Assembly (NCBI RefSeq): GCF_044704955.1
Contig: NC_091999.1
Location: forward strand, 36,456,001-36,520,000
DNA: 64,000 bases
Direction of reading: 5' to 3'
From: Pristiophorus japonicus
Lineage: Eukaryota
This document shows, piece after piece, positions 24,101 through 35,925 of the stretch. The first letter of the stretch is position 1, and every line of letters begins with the position of its first letter. The translations under genes were made by a program, and so were the position numbers. The notes beneath the pieces were generated by a model. The model searched no databases, was not told the origin of the DNA, and worked only from the letters and a program-made list of their open reading frames with translations.

Positions 24101-24237
24101 TTCTTTGCCTTGGGTTTCTCTGCCCTCCACTTTTCCTCATCTCCTTTCTGTCTTTTGCTTTTGCCTCCTTTTTGTTACCCTCTGTCTCCCTGCATTGGTT
24201 CCCATCCCCCTGCCATATTAGTTTAACTCCTCCCCAA
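21131..24237 (-). mobile_element. Young 5'-truncated CR1 LINE with near-complete ORF2 (APE endonuclease + RT), in the Cmu4-TM1 intron
   Basis: ORFs 22248..23984 (GITETW, GDFN, SDH, DFQKAFD), 21476..22174 (GVPQGSVLGP, FANDTK) and 21236..21475; (TTCTATGT)n tail at 21131-21160; CATTAT duplicated at 21125-21130 and 24238-24243 (TSD). Confidence 0.95.
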
Positions 24238-24729
24238 CATTATGATCCTCCTATAGTCCGTTTTGGAAAATATGATAGTTTTTCTTCCATGTCAGAGGCT
24301 AATTGATTTTGGATGACTTTGCTACGATCTACCATTCGGGAATAATACGATGAAACATCGAGGAAGGTGTACAGCAGGATATCGATTATTTTTCCGCTAG
24401 GTTAAGGTAGTTACTTAGTTGGAGGCTGCCAAGGAGGCTTTTAAGAGATTAGTTGTGAGTTATAACCTTTTTTTTATATATGTTACGGCAATGCTCTGAA
24501 CATAAATAACGTTTCAGCTTGCAACAACTACATTGATCCAGTGTATGTGTAAGGCCAGAATAGTGAAATGTTAGATATTATGGTATCAGTAATTATTTAT
24601 TCAGGCCAAGCATTGGATACTTTGCCCGTCCAAAAACTGCATCTTTGTTCTACATTCTTCTATAGCCTGACGTTTTTGTTTGTGCTCTTTAGTGTCTATA
24701 TCACTGTATAACTATCTGTTGTTCTGGAT

Positions 24730-26000
24730 TAGTCAGTGTTTGTGTTCCCTGTGAGGGTGTTGATCTGTGGGGTTGTGCGTGTGTGTATTTCTAAGATTGT
24801 GTATGTGTGTGTAAATCTTTCTTTATGTTTTGTTTAAGAATGCGTGTGTTTTTATGTAAGTGTGTGTGTTTAAATTTAATTGTGAGTGTGAGATTTGGTG
24901 TAGGTGAGTGTGTGTACTTTTATGTGTAAGCATGTTCATATCAAAGGGTTTGTGTGTGTGTGTGTGTGCAAGTGTGTTCATGTGTGTGCTTATGTGTAAG
25001 TGTATGTGTAACCCGGTGTATATGTATGTTCATGTGTGTGTTTCCCTGTAAGTGTATATGTATGGTTATGTCCAAGTGTTTGCTAATGTTGAGGTGTAAG
25101 TGTGTGTTTGTGAGTTTTCATGTCACATTGTGTGTACCTGTAAGTTTGTCTGTGTGTGTTTTTGTTAGATTGTGTTTGGATTTATATGCGTGTTCATACT
25201 TGTGTAAATGTGTTCAGGTGTGTGTTTCCCTGTAAGTGTACGGCTATGTCTCAGTGTTGTTCATGTTTAGGTGTAAGCATGTGTGTGTTTATGTGTAGCA
25301 ATGGGTTTGCAGGTAAGTTTGTGTGTGTTTGTGTGTGTGTGTTTTGTGAAAGTGTGTGTTTTGATTGATGTGTGTGTCTAAGTGCAATAGTATGTTTGCA
25401 TGTAAGCGTGTGTGTGTTTTGTGTAAATGTGTGTTTGGATTGATGCGTTTGTTTACAAGTGTGTGTGTGTTTTGTGTAAGTGTGTGTGTGGATTGATGTG
25501 TATTTATGTGTGTGTAAGTGTGTGTAAGTGTGTTTTGTAAGTGTATGGGTATGGATTGATGCGTGTGTCTATGTGTGTATAAGTGTGTTTTGTGTAAGTG
25601 TGTGTGTGGATTGATGTATGTGTTTATGTGTGAGTAAGTGTGTGTAAGTGTGTTTTGTAAGTCTGTGTGTATGGATTGATGCGTGTGTCTATGTGTGTGT
25701 AAGTTTGTTTTGTGTAAGTGTGTGTGTGGATTGATGTATGTGTTTATGTGTGTGTAAGTGGGTGTAGGTGTGCTTTGTGTCAGTGTCTGTGTGGATTGAT
25801 GTGTGTGTCTATGTGTGTGTAAGTGTGTGTAAGTATCCGTTGTGTAAGTGTGCATTTAGATTGACGTGTATTATTGCTATTGTTAAAATTTTCAGAGAGT
25901 ACCAATAACTGGATTTGACAATGATGGTTTTCATTATATTCGAGTTATGTATAATATTATGTGTCAGAGTGTTAACGTATGTCTTTATATGTAAGTCTAT
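24730..26000. repeat. GT-rich low-complexity region with ~120-bp internal repeats
   Basis: (TG)n-derived sequence; repeated 'ggattgatg...gtgtaagtg' blocks at ~25470-25830. Confidence 0.9.
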
Positions 26001-26766
26001 GTGTGTTACTGTGAAATTGTGCACTTACACAAAAATACACACACTTATACAAAATCATCATCACACTTACATATGAACACAGACAGACTCACTTTCACAT
26101 GTATTCTCCCTGCTCTGTGTAAATGTGTCCTGTGTGAGGCGCAATGTGACGTCAGCCGAAGGAATGCAACAATTCAACCGATGGGCCTCAGAAACATCAG
26201 GGACACAACTATGAGAAACCCGCAGAGGATTCAATCACCAGTTTAGATATGGCCCATTAGAATTCAGCATGTTAGTTTACAATTAACAGGGACTATTTAA
26301 TTAAAAAATATTACGTGGAATAAATAGTTATTTCAGAATATAATAATCATGTGGCAAGTTTAAAATCTTTTGACCATGGGTTAGAATGTGACATTGTACT
26401 GATGGCAACTTAGTGCATTTACAAGAGAGTGGTTCATTTCCCATCTCCCTGTGGGAGGGGCAGTGGGGGTTACGAGAATTATGCATTTCCCGTTCCCCTC
26501 TCGCTGGTGGGTATGAGAGGTACAGTGAGTGAAAATTACCCTTTACTCTCTCTCTGCTGAAGTTACTTTCAGGAATCCTGTAATGAGAGAACTTCACCCA
26601 GTCTCTAACCCATGGTGTATCTGAGCTGGGAGCGCTGGCTGTATAAGCCTTGGGACCGAGACACGCAAACACTCTACTTCAGACAAACAGCCCTCACATT
26701 GGCAAAACTAGGAAACATAGTTAATTGAGCGGCTGCCTGTTTAACTCACGATTGGAAAAAAAGCCC

Positions 26767-26782
26767 TTTATTGTTTTTTATT
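26767..26782 (-). terminator. Polyadenylation signals of the secreted IgM mRNA
   Basis: Two AATAAA on the minus strand (26767-26772, 26777-26782), 30-45 nt after the stop codon. Confidence 0.75.
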
Positions 26783-26810
26783 TAAGAACTGAAATGCAAT
26801 CGAGAGATTC

Positions 26811-27202
26811 TCATTGACAAGAATTGACGGTGTCCATCAGAACAAGGGAAATGTTGACGAAACTGGGTTTACCGCTGGATTTATTGATGGTTCTGTTGGT
26901 GATCTTCAAGGGGATCGCTTCGTGTCCCACCACACAGGAGTAAGAAGCACCGCTGGCCCACTCCTCGGCTGCAATGGATAGCAGGCTGTACATGAAGAAG
27001 GATCTGCTGCCGTTCTCCGCCATCACCTCGGTGTTCTTGTAGTTGCCGGAATCCACCGGCTTGTCATTGACGGTCCATTTGACGAAGATTTCTCGGGGGG
27101 AGAAACCTCTCACTAAGCAGGTGAGGCTGACCAACCTCTGAGCGGAGACTTCTTCTGCCGAGGGCAGGAGGACAGACACGGCCGGTTCCCGTGGATCTTT
27201 CG
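26811..27202 (-). CDS. IGHM: IgM Cmu4 exon with secretory tailpiece (internal donor to TM1 after 26873)
   Basis: ttccacag|(A)[35 protein letters not shown]...[11 protein letters not shown]...SSG|[19 protein letters not shown]; AGCG|GTAAA internal donor; NIS sequon and penultimate Cys. Confidence 0.97.
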
Positions 27203-28120
27203 CTGTGGAACAGTTACAATAAAGGCCAATGAACTGGACAGTTCCAGAGACAATGGGAAAACTTTAAATCAATACAGCAGGCGGGTTTTGGGCGTGGAGG
27301 TTTTTAAATTGTTAAAAATAGGAATCCCGACGTCAACGCGCCCACTCCCGGTTGTAATATTATATTTGAGTAAAATATTTAAATGGGACTGGAATCTTCT
27401 ATTTTAACCACCATTTGGTGTTTAACTGTCGCTGGTCCGGTTTGACACACTGTGTAAATCCCTGCAGTTACAGCGAGGCGGGGACTGCTGCACCCAGGTG
27501 GTAATTGCCCATACACCTACCTCCTGGATCCAGGGTCCCTGTGTAACCCAGCCCCCGCGATCCGAGACCTCCTGACTCGGCTTCCAATCCTCCCGTTCTT
27601 CCGGGTGGCCTGTGAGACCACCGCCCACAACTCGCCTTCCTCATTTAAATTCAGCCAATTTCAGGTGGTTAGATGTGAGAGAAATGGACACTGCGTTGAA
27701 TTTTAAAGCTTTTCCTTTTCCCCTCTGGGGCCTCTCTGGTTTTCCATCCCGCAGCAGAGGGAACACAATCTTTCTCTCTGAAATCTCCAAGGGTTGGTCT
27801 GGAAAATTACATAGAATTTACTGCACAGAATGAGGAGATTGGCCAACTGGTCTATGCCGGTGTGTATGTTTCACACAAGCCTCCTCCTAGCTCACTTAAT
27901 CTATTCCTAATAACATACCCTTCTATTCCTTTCTCACTCATGGACTTGTCCAGTTTCCCCTAAAATACATAATGTCAGGTCCCAGAGTGCTGAGTTCGTG
28001 GAATTACCAAACTGAATGATCAGAGCAGCCCATTAAACACTTTATATAATGAATTGTCCCTTGCACATGCACTGGAAATAGTCACAGTATCTCACTTATT
28101 GCAACAATCTCCCCGCTCAC

Positions 28121-28429
28121 CCTTTTCCTTGTGGATGGAATCTCTGAGAGGAGTCGGCATATCCTGATGGCTCACCACGCAGTAGAACTTATCCCCACTC
28201 AGCCAGTCTTGTGTCGAGATGTTTAAGTTGCTGATCACTATGTTGGGATCCTCTCCCGGCTGGAAGGCAATCTCTGATTTCAAAGCCTCCTTTTCCCGGG
28301 TCCAGGTCACGGTGAGCCCATAAGGAGCCTCAGACACGACGCAGGTTAAGGTCACCATCGCCTCCAGTAAGACCTGTTCCAATGACGGTGGGCGAAGAGT
28401 GATTTTTGAATCGCTGCATGGGACATCCA
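28121..28429 (-). CDS. IGHM: IgM Cmu3 exon
   Basis: ttcgcag|...[20 protein letters not shown]...W...[22 protein letters not shown]|gtgag; 309 nt, phase 1-1. Confidence 0.96.
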
Positions 28430-29124
28430 CTGCGAAACAGGAATGAAAGTCAGGAAAAGCTGAAGCTTCAGAATCCGGACACCAATATTTAGCCTTAAAT
28501 CTTTCAAGGGGAATATATCACTTTTGAGATATCAACCTCTCGCTGTTGCCTCAACACCGGCGTTATTGGAAGGACAATGAATTGGCAACGATTCCGAGAG
28601 ATCTGTAACATTTCTTGTGTATTTGCAGCCAGAGCCACCTGTAATGGGCTGTGAAGCAAATACCCGGCATAAAATCGGAATACATTGTGTTAGGCATGGA
28701 ATAGCGCTCTTCCTGAAATCCCTTGCTCCTTTAAGCCCGTCCATAGATCCTTGCACCCAAATGCATCACCGTTGGTTATAATAGCTGAAGCCCGAAAAGC
28801 CCGAAGTTCAAGAGGTCTACACCAGACATTATACTGGTTCAAAACCAGTGTCAAATTAATTTCAGGATTTATGGGACAACAGGAAACAAAGTTAAGTTTC
28901 TGGTCTCTTGCTGCGTTTTTTGTTGCAGTGAAAATGTGCAGGAACCAGTCACAGCCCCCGTCAGAGGAGAAGTGCAAGTTCGGGAGAATGGAGTTCCAAG
29001 GAATCTTTGTGGTGCGGCATCATTTGGAATGATGTGAGGTCGCTTGTTAATTTCTGTAATTACTGAACATTTATCATGTCTGGTGAGAGAGATTCAGAGA
29101 GAAATATGACCTCAGGGCATTAAT

Positions 29125-29640
29125 AGCAACATAGGAACAGGAGGAGGGCATTCAGTCCATCCATCCTGTCTCGCCAACCAGTTAGATCATGGCTGATGAA
29201 CACTCAACACCATCTTCACGCATTGGTTATGTAACCCTTGATAACCTTGCCTGACAAAAATCTATAAATCTCAATTTTCAACTTTTCAATTGAAAGCAAG
29301 TGTCAGCAGCTTTTGGGGAGGGAAATCCCGACTTGCAATATTCTTCTTGTGAGAAAATCCTTTCTGACATCACCTCTGCACGGCCTAACTCTAATGTTAA
29401 GTTTCTGCTACTTGTTCTCGACTCTTTCATCAAACTAAATAAATGTTGTATATCTACTCGATCAATTCCATTTATCAACTTAAACACGTCAATTGGATCA
29501 TCTCTTAACGTTTTATACTCGTCGACTGATCATTTTACATTATTAGCCCCGGTTTAATTCGGGTAAACCTGCAGTTTAGCGCCTCCACGTATATCCTTCC
29601 TGTGGTGCGGAGCCGAGAATTGAGCTCAGTGCTCTGAATA
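29125..29640 (-). mobile_element. Old CR1 LINE 3' fragment
   Basis: 'MFKLINGIDRVD...LF' remnant and reversed 3' tail. Confidence 0.7.
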
Positions 29641-29849
29641 GGGTAGATGCCCATTCTAGCAGGATTCCTGGACAGTTGGCAGGAAAGGGTTCCAGACTCC
29701 GACAGCCGCTCCGTATATGATCAGCCAACTCAGGATAAACCTGAGACTAAGGACACTTCACTCACTGCCTGACATCAGAGCAAGGGGAAAGCTTCTTTGG
29801 CGAGGTTAATAAATCCTGAGCAATGAGGAATCCTGAACCAGAAGATCCT

Positions 29850-30260
29850 GGATTGAATTTCCACTCCAGATATTTGATCACAAAATGTAAGCTGAGTCTC
29901 CCAGTGCAGTACTGGGGGCATGGCGCACTATCGGAGTTGCCGTCTGTCGGATCAGGTGTTAAACCGAGGATCCGTCTGGCCTCTCAGGTGGAGGTAAACG
30001 ATACTCTGGCATTATTTCAATGAAAAGCAGAGGAGTTCTCCCTGGTGGCCTGGGAATATTTATCCCTCAAGAAATATCACTCAACAAAAACAAATGGTCA
30101 TTATCACACTGCTGTTTGTGGGAGCTTGCTGTGCACTAAATGACTGCCGTACTTTGTACATTACAACTGTGACCACATTTCACAACTTAATTCATTGGCT
30201 GGCAAGCGTTTTGGTTCAGTCTGTGGTCGCTGAAGGCGCTGTATAAAGGCAAGTTTGTAT
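29850..30260 (+). mobile_element. Deu-domain SINE
   Basis: 'ggtcattatcacactgctgtttgtgggagcttgctgtgcac...cattacaac' core; tail 'ggcgctgtataaaggcaag'. Confidence 0.7.
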
Positions 30261-30388
30261 CGCAAGAATACACAAACTGCATGATTGGAAATTAGGAACA
30301 GTCCTCTGCTTTTTACTAATTCCAATAAAATCCTTACTGAGGTCAGCGCTCAGAATGGTGTGCAACCTCCCGGGATTGTGTCTCTTAC

Positions 30389-30706
30389 CATGAGATCTGC
30401 TGAAGTTACGGTTTTGCGTGACCCCTTCATGAGTGACCTGGCAGGTGTAGACCGAGCCGGTGAACCATTCCTCGGCGGGGACTGTCAGCCGACTGGCCGT
30501 CAAGAAGTTCCCGTTCACCTCAAAGACGGGAGAGGTGATGATGCCCGAATCCATGAGTTGTCCACTCTTCAGCCAATTCACGGTCAGTGATTTTGGCCTG
30601 AAATCGATGATTGAACACACGGCGCTTGCATATCTGCTGCTGGTGATTTGTTCAGTAGAACTCAGCGTGAGGAGAACAGTTGGAGGAACGATGTCCGGTT
30701 CAGGAT
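30389..30706 (-). CDS. IGHM: IgM Cmu2 exon
   Basis: tttgaag|(D)[12 protein letters not shown]...[17 protein letters not shown]...[20 protein letters not shown]|gtaag; 318 nt, phase 1-1. Confidence 0.96.
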
Positions 30707-30827
30707 CTTCAAAAAAAAACATATTATTGACATTGCTTAGAAAATAATTGATTAAGAAATGCAAAGCGTCCTTATATTTTAACAGGTTCTTTGCTGTCAG
30801 ACGAACACTAACCTGGCATTTACAGAG

Positions 30828-31580
30828 AGCAGAACTGTGCACAGTATTCTCAGTTTAATATGCAGACCGGAACTGTGCATAATATTCTAAGTGCGATATG
30901 CGGACCAGAACCATGCACAATATTCTAAGTGTGATATGGAGACCAGAACTATGCACACTATTCTCAGTATGATATGGAGACCAGAACTTTACACTGTATT
31001 CTAAGTATGAGATGGAAACCAGAACTTTAAGCAATATTCTAAGTGTGATATGGAGAACAGAACTATGCATACTATTCTAAGTGTAATATGGAGACCAGAA
31101 CTATGCACACTATTCTCAGTATGATATGGAGACCAGAACTTTACACTGTATTCTAAGTATGAGATGGAAACCAGAACTTTAAGCAATATTCTAAGCGTGA
31201 TATGGAGAACAGAACTGTGTACAGTATTCTAACTGTGATATGGAGACCGGAACTGTGCATAATATTTTAAGTATGATGTGGAGAGCTAACTTTCGACAGT
31301 ATTCTAAGTATGAGATGGAAACCTGAATTGTGAACAATATTCTAAATGTGATAAGGAGACTAGAACTGTGCACAGTATTCTAATTATTATATGGAAACCA
31401 GAACTGTATACAATACTCTAAGTGTAATATGGAGACCAGAACTGTACACAATATTAGAAGTATGATAGGGAGAGCAGAATTGTACACAATACTCTAAGTG
31501 TGATTTGGAGACGAGAACTGTACACAGTATTCTAAGTATGATATGGAGAGCAGAACTGTACACAGTACTCTAAGTGTTGT
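30828..31580. repeat. 38-bp minisatellite (agaccagaactgtacacagtattctaagtgtgatatgg), ~20 copies, in the Cmu1-Cmu2 intron
   Basis: Period 38 (gaccagaac at 30941 and 30979). Confidence 0.92.
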
Positions 31581-31655
31581 CTAACCAAATTTCTCTACAA
31601 GTTGAACATAATTTCTCACCTTATCATTGTTTGCCCTGTAATCCACATCACTAAC

Positions 31656-31955
31656 CTAGCATTGTGATGGCCCAGACCGACACACCACGTCGAACCTCGC
31701 AGTAGATTGTGCTGCTCCCCATATCTGACTCGGCGATGGTTAACTGGCTGCTCTGGGTGTAGATTCCCTTCTTGTTGAGCACTGACGGGTAGGTATTCAA
31801 TCCAGTGGTGATTGGCTCTTTATCTTTCTTCCAGGAAAGGCTGGTGATGTCGGGGGAGTAGTCCATCGCCAAACAGCCGTACGTGATGGAGCCATCGGTA
31901 CTGGGTTGTTCACAGGAGGAGAGCAGGGCGTAGAGGGTGGGGGGAGACGGTGTTA
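31656..31955 (-). CDS. IGHM: IgM Cmu1 exon
   Basis: ttcccag|(V)[16 protein letters not shown]...[27 protein letters not shown]...YCEVRRG...|gttag; 300 nt; resembles the horned-shark mu CH1 as recalled. Confidence 0.97.
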
Positions 31956-32739
31956 CTGGGAAAGAATGGCCCATTGAACAAGTTAGACTCTGTAATCCGT
32001 GCTTATAAAAGAAATAAACAGCTCGAAATTTGACTGCAGAATAAACTAATTCCACCATTTCCCCATCAAAGACTACACGGGCATTTGAGTTTCTGTCAGT
32101 TCCATCATAAGGACCTGTCGATGCCCTGGTCAGGAACACACCTCTCTATCCCCGAGCTCTATCACATTACACAACAAGAACATTTACACAACTCGTCAAT
32201 AAAGAATCCTTCATTGGATCATACAATAGAAGAACAGAGACGTGTTCCTGTTATTTCGGCCTCCATTTATTTCTCAATCAGCACCATTTCTGGTCCTTTA
32301 TTTAATTGCAGTTTGGGGAAATTTGCTCTGTGCACATTGCCTGCGGCGTATCCCTACAAAACAACAGTGACTGCACTTCAAAGTAACAGCGGAATTCCTG
32401 CTTCGGACGTTAGCAAAAAACCCTCTAAATTTGCATACCACATAATTCAACAGGTAGCATTTCCATAGTTAAGTTTCTAAGATTCAAGCTGTCGGTGAAT
32501 TGCGATTGAGTCGAATTTCTCCCTCATTTTCTCAGCATTTGATGGAGACCGATGTCCCTCAGTGCACTGTGATCTGGGCTCTATCCCATCCCATTGAATG
32601 CATGTCTCTTGAGTTTCCTCCTCCCTGCCACTCAATTAATAATCCGAATAAAATACCATTCCAAAATCCGGTTAATTGGAAGTTTCTCCTTAAATGGCCC
32701 ATTTCAGTTCCCATTGTTGTTCTTGTTATATCACAATGC

Positions 32740-33640
32740 CCTGGACTTGGTTATAGGGAATACAATTTCGAAGTTCGAAGGTGATGCAAAAACTGGCAAC
32801 GTAGCCAATAGTGAGCATGAAAGCAGCAGACTCCATGAGGAGACAGATGGACCAGTGAAATGCGCCGGGACATGGCAATTGCAATTTAATGCGAATCATT
32901 GAGAAGCGATGCACATTGGGTGGAAGATGGATAAGCAGTATAATCTAAATAGTATTGTTTTGAGGGGATGCACGAACAGAGAAATCTAGATGAACATATT
33001 CAAAAATCTTTGAAGGGGGCAGGGCAAACTGGTAAGACAGTTATGAAAGCGTATGGGATACATGACTTTGTAAATGGGCCATTGACTACAAAAATAAGAC
33101 GGTTATGCTAAACTTACAGATCACGTGTTAGGCCTCAGCTGGGGTATTGTGCACAATTCTGGAACAACAATTTAGGAAGGATGTCAAGCCATTGGGGAGT
33201 GTAGAGGGGAAGCTTTTACCAGGATGATGCCAGGGATGGGGTCTTCAGTTATGTGGATAGATTGGAGAAGCTGGGATATTCTCCTTAGAGCAGAGGTTAA
33301 GAGGAGACCGAAGAGAGATATTCAACATGATGACAGGTTTTGATAGAGCAAGTAGGGAGAAACTGCTTCCGCTGGAAAGTAGGTGGGTAACCAAAGGTCA
33401 CAAATTTAAAATAATTGGCAAAAGATCAAAAGGGGAAATTGGGGTAATTTTTTCACACAGAGGGTTGGTAATTTCAGGAATGCTCCAGGCAGTTCCTCCT
33501 GTACGTCAGGAGGACTCAGTGGCACGTTTAGAAGGAAAACCCTGGGGAGTTGGACTAAATTGGACAGCTCTTTCAGAGCCGGCATAGGCACGATGCCTGA
33601 ATGGCCTTTTCAGTGCTGTGAGATGCTATCATTCTACACG
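32740..33640 (+). mobile_element. Decayed CR1 LINE in the J-C intron
   Basis: 'ISKFEGDAKTG...WQLQFN', 'RPQLGYCAQFW' and 'FDRASREKLLPL' remnants. Confidence 0.8.
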
Positions 33641-34349
33641 AGTCAGTGGGAATAGTTCTACTAGATTTAATGGAAGGAAACGCTTCATATTTTGGACACC
33701 TCTACCAGATCTATTTTTATTGTTTGTTGTAATTAAAGAGGATATTTAAAATAAAGAGATCTTATAAATCTGACGCAAATTAGTCAATCGCATGCTGCTA
33801 TAAAGGCTTAAAATTCATTGCGAATGATGACTTATTGCAGGTTGACTCTATCTCTTTAAATGTTTCACAGAATTGCAGCTCAGTGACTGTGCGCCTTGTG
33901 TTGTGATCCAGGCCAATAGCTGCATCTCTCATAGTTTGTCCCTGCCTTTAACCTTTTCAGGAAGAATTGAACAACATAATGTTTCTAAACATGAGGTCCT
34001 CATGACGATTAATTCAAGTGGGAGTCTTGATATCCTCCATTTAAATTGTGAAAATAACTTACAGCCTCCCAACAGATCAGAACAGGCGCTGCTTTCTGGA
34101 GCGTTATTCACTTCCTGAAACAGTTTGTTCTGGAAGTGAGCTGAGGATCAGGCCAATCGTGTTCAATAGTAATCTGATGCTCAAAATGTTCAAACATTAA
34201 TAACTCATTAAAAATTTGGCATTTTTTCAGAAAGAATATAAACATCAATGAATGTGCGTTGTTTAATCTGGTCAATCGGACGATTTATTGTGTATATCTG
34301 TCACGAGTAGTTTATCTGCTATTTGTTAGTCGCAGCTAGCGGTATCTTG

Positions 34350-35925
34350 AACATTGCCTGACCAAGCACTCTCAGGTCAGATACAGCAGAGATATGAGAG
34401 CAAAGCTCCCGCTATGCTGTCGTGTGGGTCATGACAGGTATAGCAAGGGTTGCACACAGAGTAGTACGTTATCTGTACTATCCCGTCAAACATTCCCAGC
34501 TCAAGTACTGCAGAGATGTGCTACGAAATGTCTCTCCATAAAATGCGTTATCAAATTGACCGATTAGATTCAGCACAATTATCACATGTATAAAGACAAG
34601 CTTACCATACACTGCCCCTGTAAAGCGCACCAGCTCACCTATAGCTCTGATTAAATAGAAGATCAATCTATATTGAAGGACCCAATTAAGCTCCACGTCT
34701 TTGTAAATAAAAGTTTAAATACTGATTAAAGCAATCTCTGCAATGTCCCATCAAGCACTGCCAGATAAAGTAAAGTACGGGTTAGTTGCAGAGTAAAGCT
34801 CCTTCATCACTGTCATATCAAACACTCCCAGGGTAGGTACGGCACGAGTTAGATAAAAAGTAGATTTCCCTCCACATTGCCAATTAAACACACTCAGGGC
34901 AGGTACAGTCAGGCTTGGATAAAGAATAAAGCTTCCTCTACACTGTCCCATCAAACACTCCCAATACAGGTACAGAGTAAAGCTCCCTCTACAGTGTCCC
35001 ATTAAACATTCCCAGGGCAGGTACAGCATGGGTTAGATACAGAATAAATCTCCCTCTACAATGTCCCATCAAACAGCCCCAGTGCAGGTCCAAAATTGCC
35101 AAAATAAATTGGAGCACCCATCAGATCAGACGAGGCGCTGTTTGTTCTGAAAGTGAGCTTCGGATCACACCAATCTCATTCAATAATTATCTGATGCTCA
35201 ACTGTATAACCATTACTAATTCGATATCTTATTAGTTAGATGCAGATTGAAGTTTCTTCAATATTTTTAGAAAATCACTCAAATCAGATACAGGATAGAT
35301 TCGATAGAGTAAATCTCTCTCTTCACTGATCTGTCTGGCGCTGTAAGGTCATGTAAAGCAAAGGATGAATGCATATTAAACTACACTACCCCGTAAGACG
35401 GGCCAAATATAGCAAGGTTTAGATTCCGAGTAAAATTATTTCTGCACTGTGCCATCAATCCAAACAGGGCAGGTACAGCATGGGTCAAGATACAGCGTAA
35501 AGCTCCCTCTACATTGTCCCATCAAACACCTCCAGAGCAGGTACAGCATGGGTCAGATACAGAGTAACACTCCCTCTACACTGTCCCATCAAACACTTCC
35601 AGAGCAGATACAGCATGGGTCAAGATACAGAGTAAAGCTCCCTCTACATTGTCCCATCAAACATGCCCAGAGCAGGTACAGAATGGGTCAGATACAGAGT
35701 AAAGCTCCCTCTACATTGTCCCATCAAACACGCCCAGAGCACGTACAGCATGGGGTTAGATACAGAGTAAAGCGCCCTCTACACTGTCCATTCAAACACT
35801 CCCAGGGCACGTACAGCATGGGCTAGATACAGAGTACAGCTCCTTCTGCACTGTCCCATCAAACACTCCCAGGGCATGTACAACTGGGTTGGAAACTGAT
35901 TAAAGCTCCTTCTACTGTCCCCCCA
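34350..35925 (-). repeat. 67-bp satellite arrays (reverse orientation) in the J-C intron
   Basis: 'cagagtaaagctccctctacactgtcccatcaaacactcccagggcaggtacagcatggg' units at ~34750-35090 and ~35440-35920. Confidence 0.88.

Noticed and set aside
24954-25855. Cys/Val- and His/Thr-rich ORFs
   Set aside because: Translations of (TG)n low-complexity DNA.
26811-31955. Assignment of the C exons to IgW or IgNAR
   Set aside because: Four C domains, CH1 with a light-chain Cys, and the tail [20 protein letters not shown] match shark mu; the V has a normal FR2/CDR2.
34350-35925. Class-switch (S) region in the J-C intron
   Set aside because: The repeat is the generic 67-bp satellite found at four other places in the window, and only one C gene is present.
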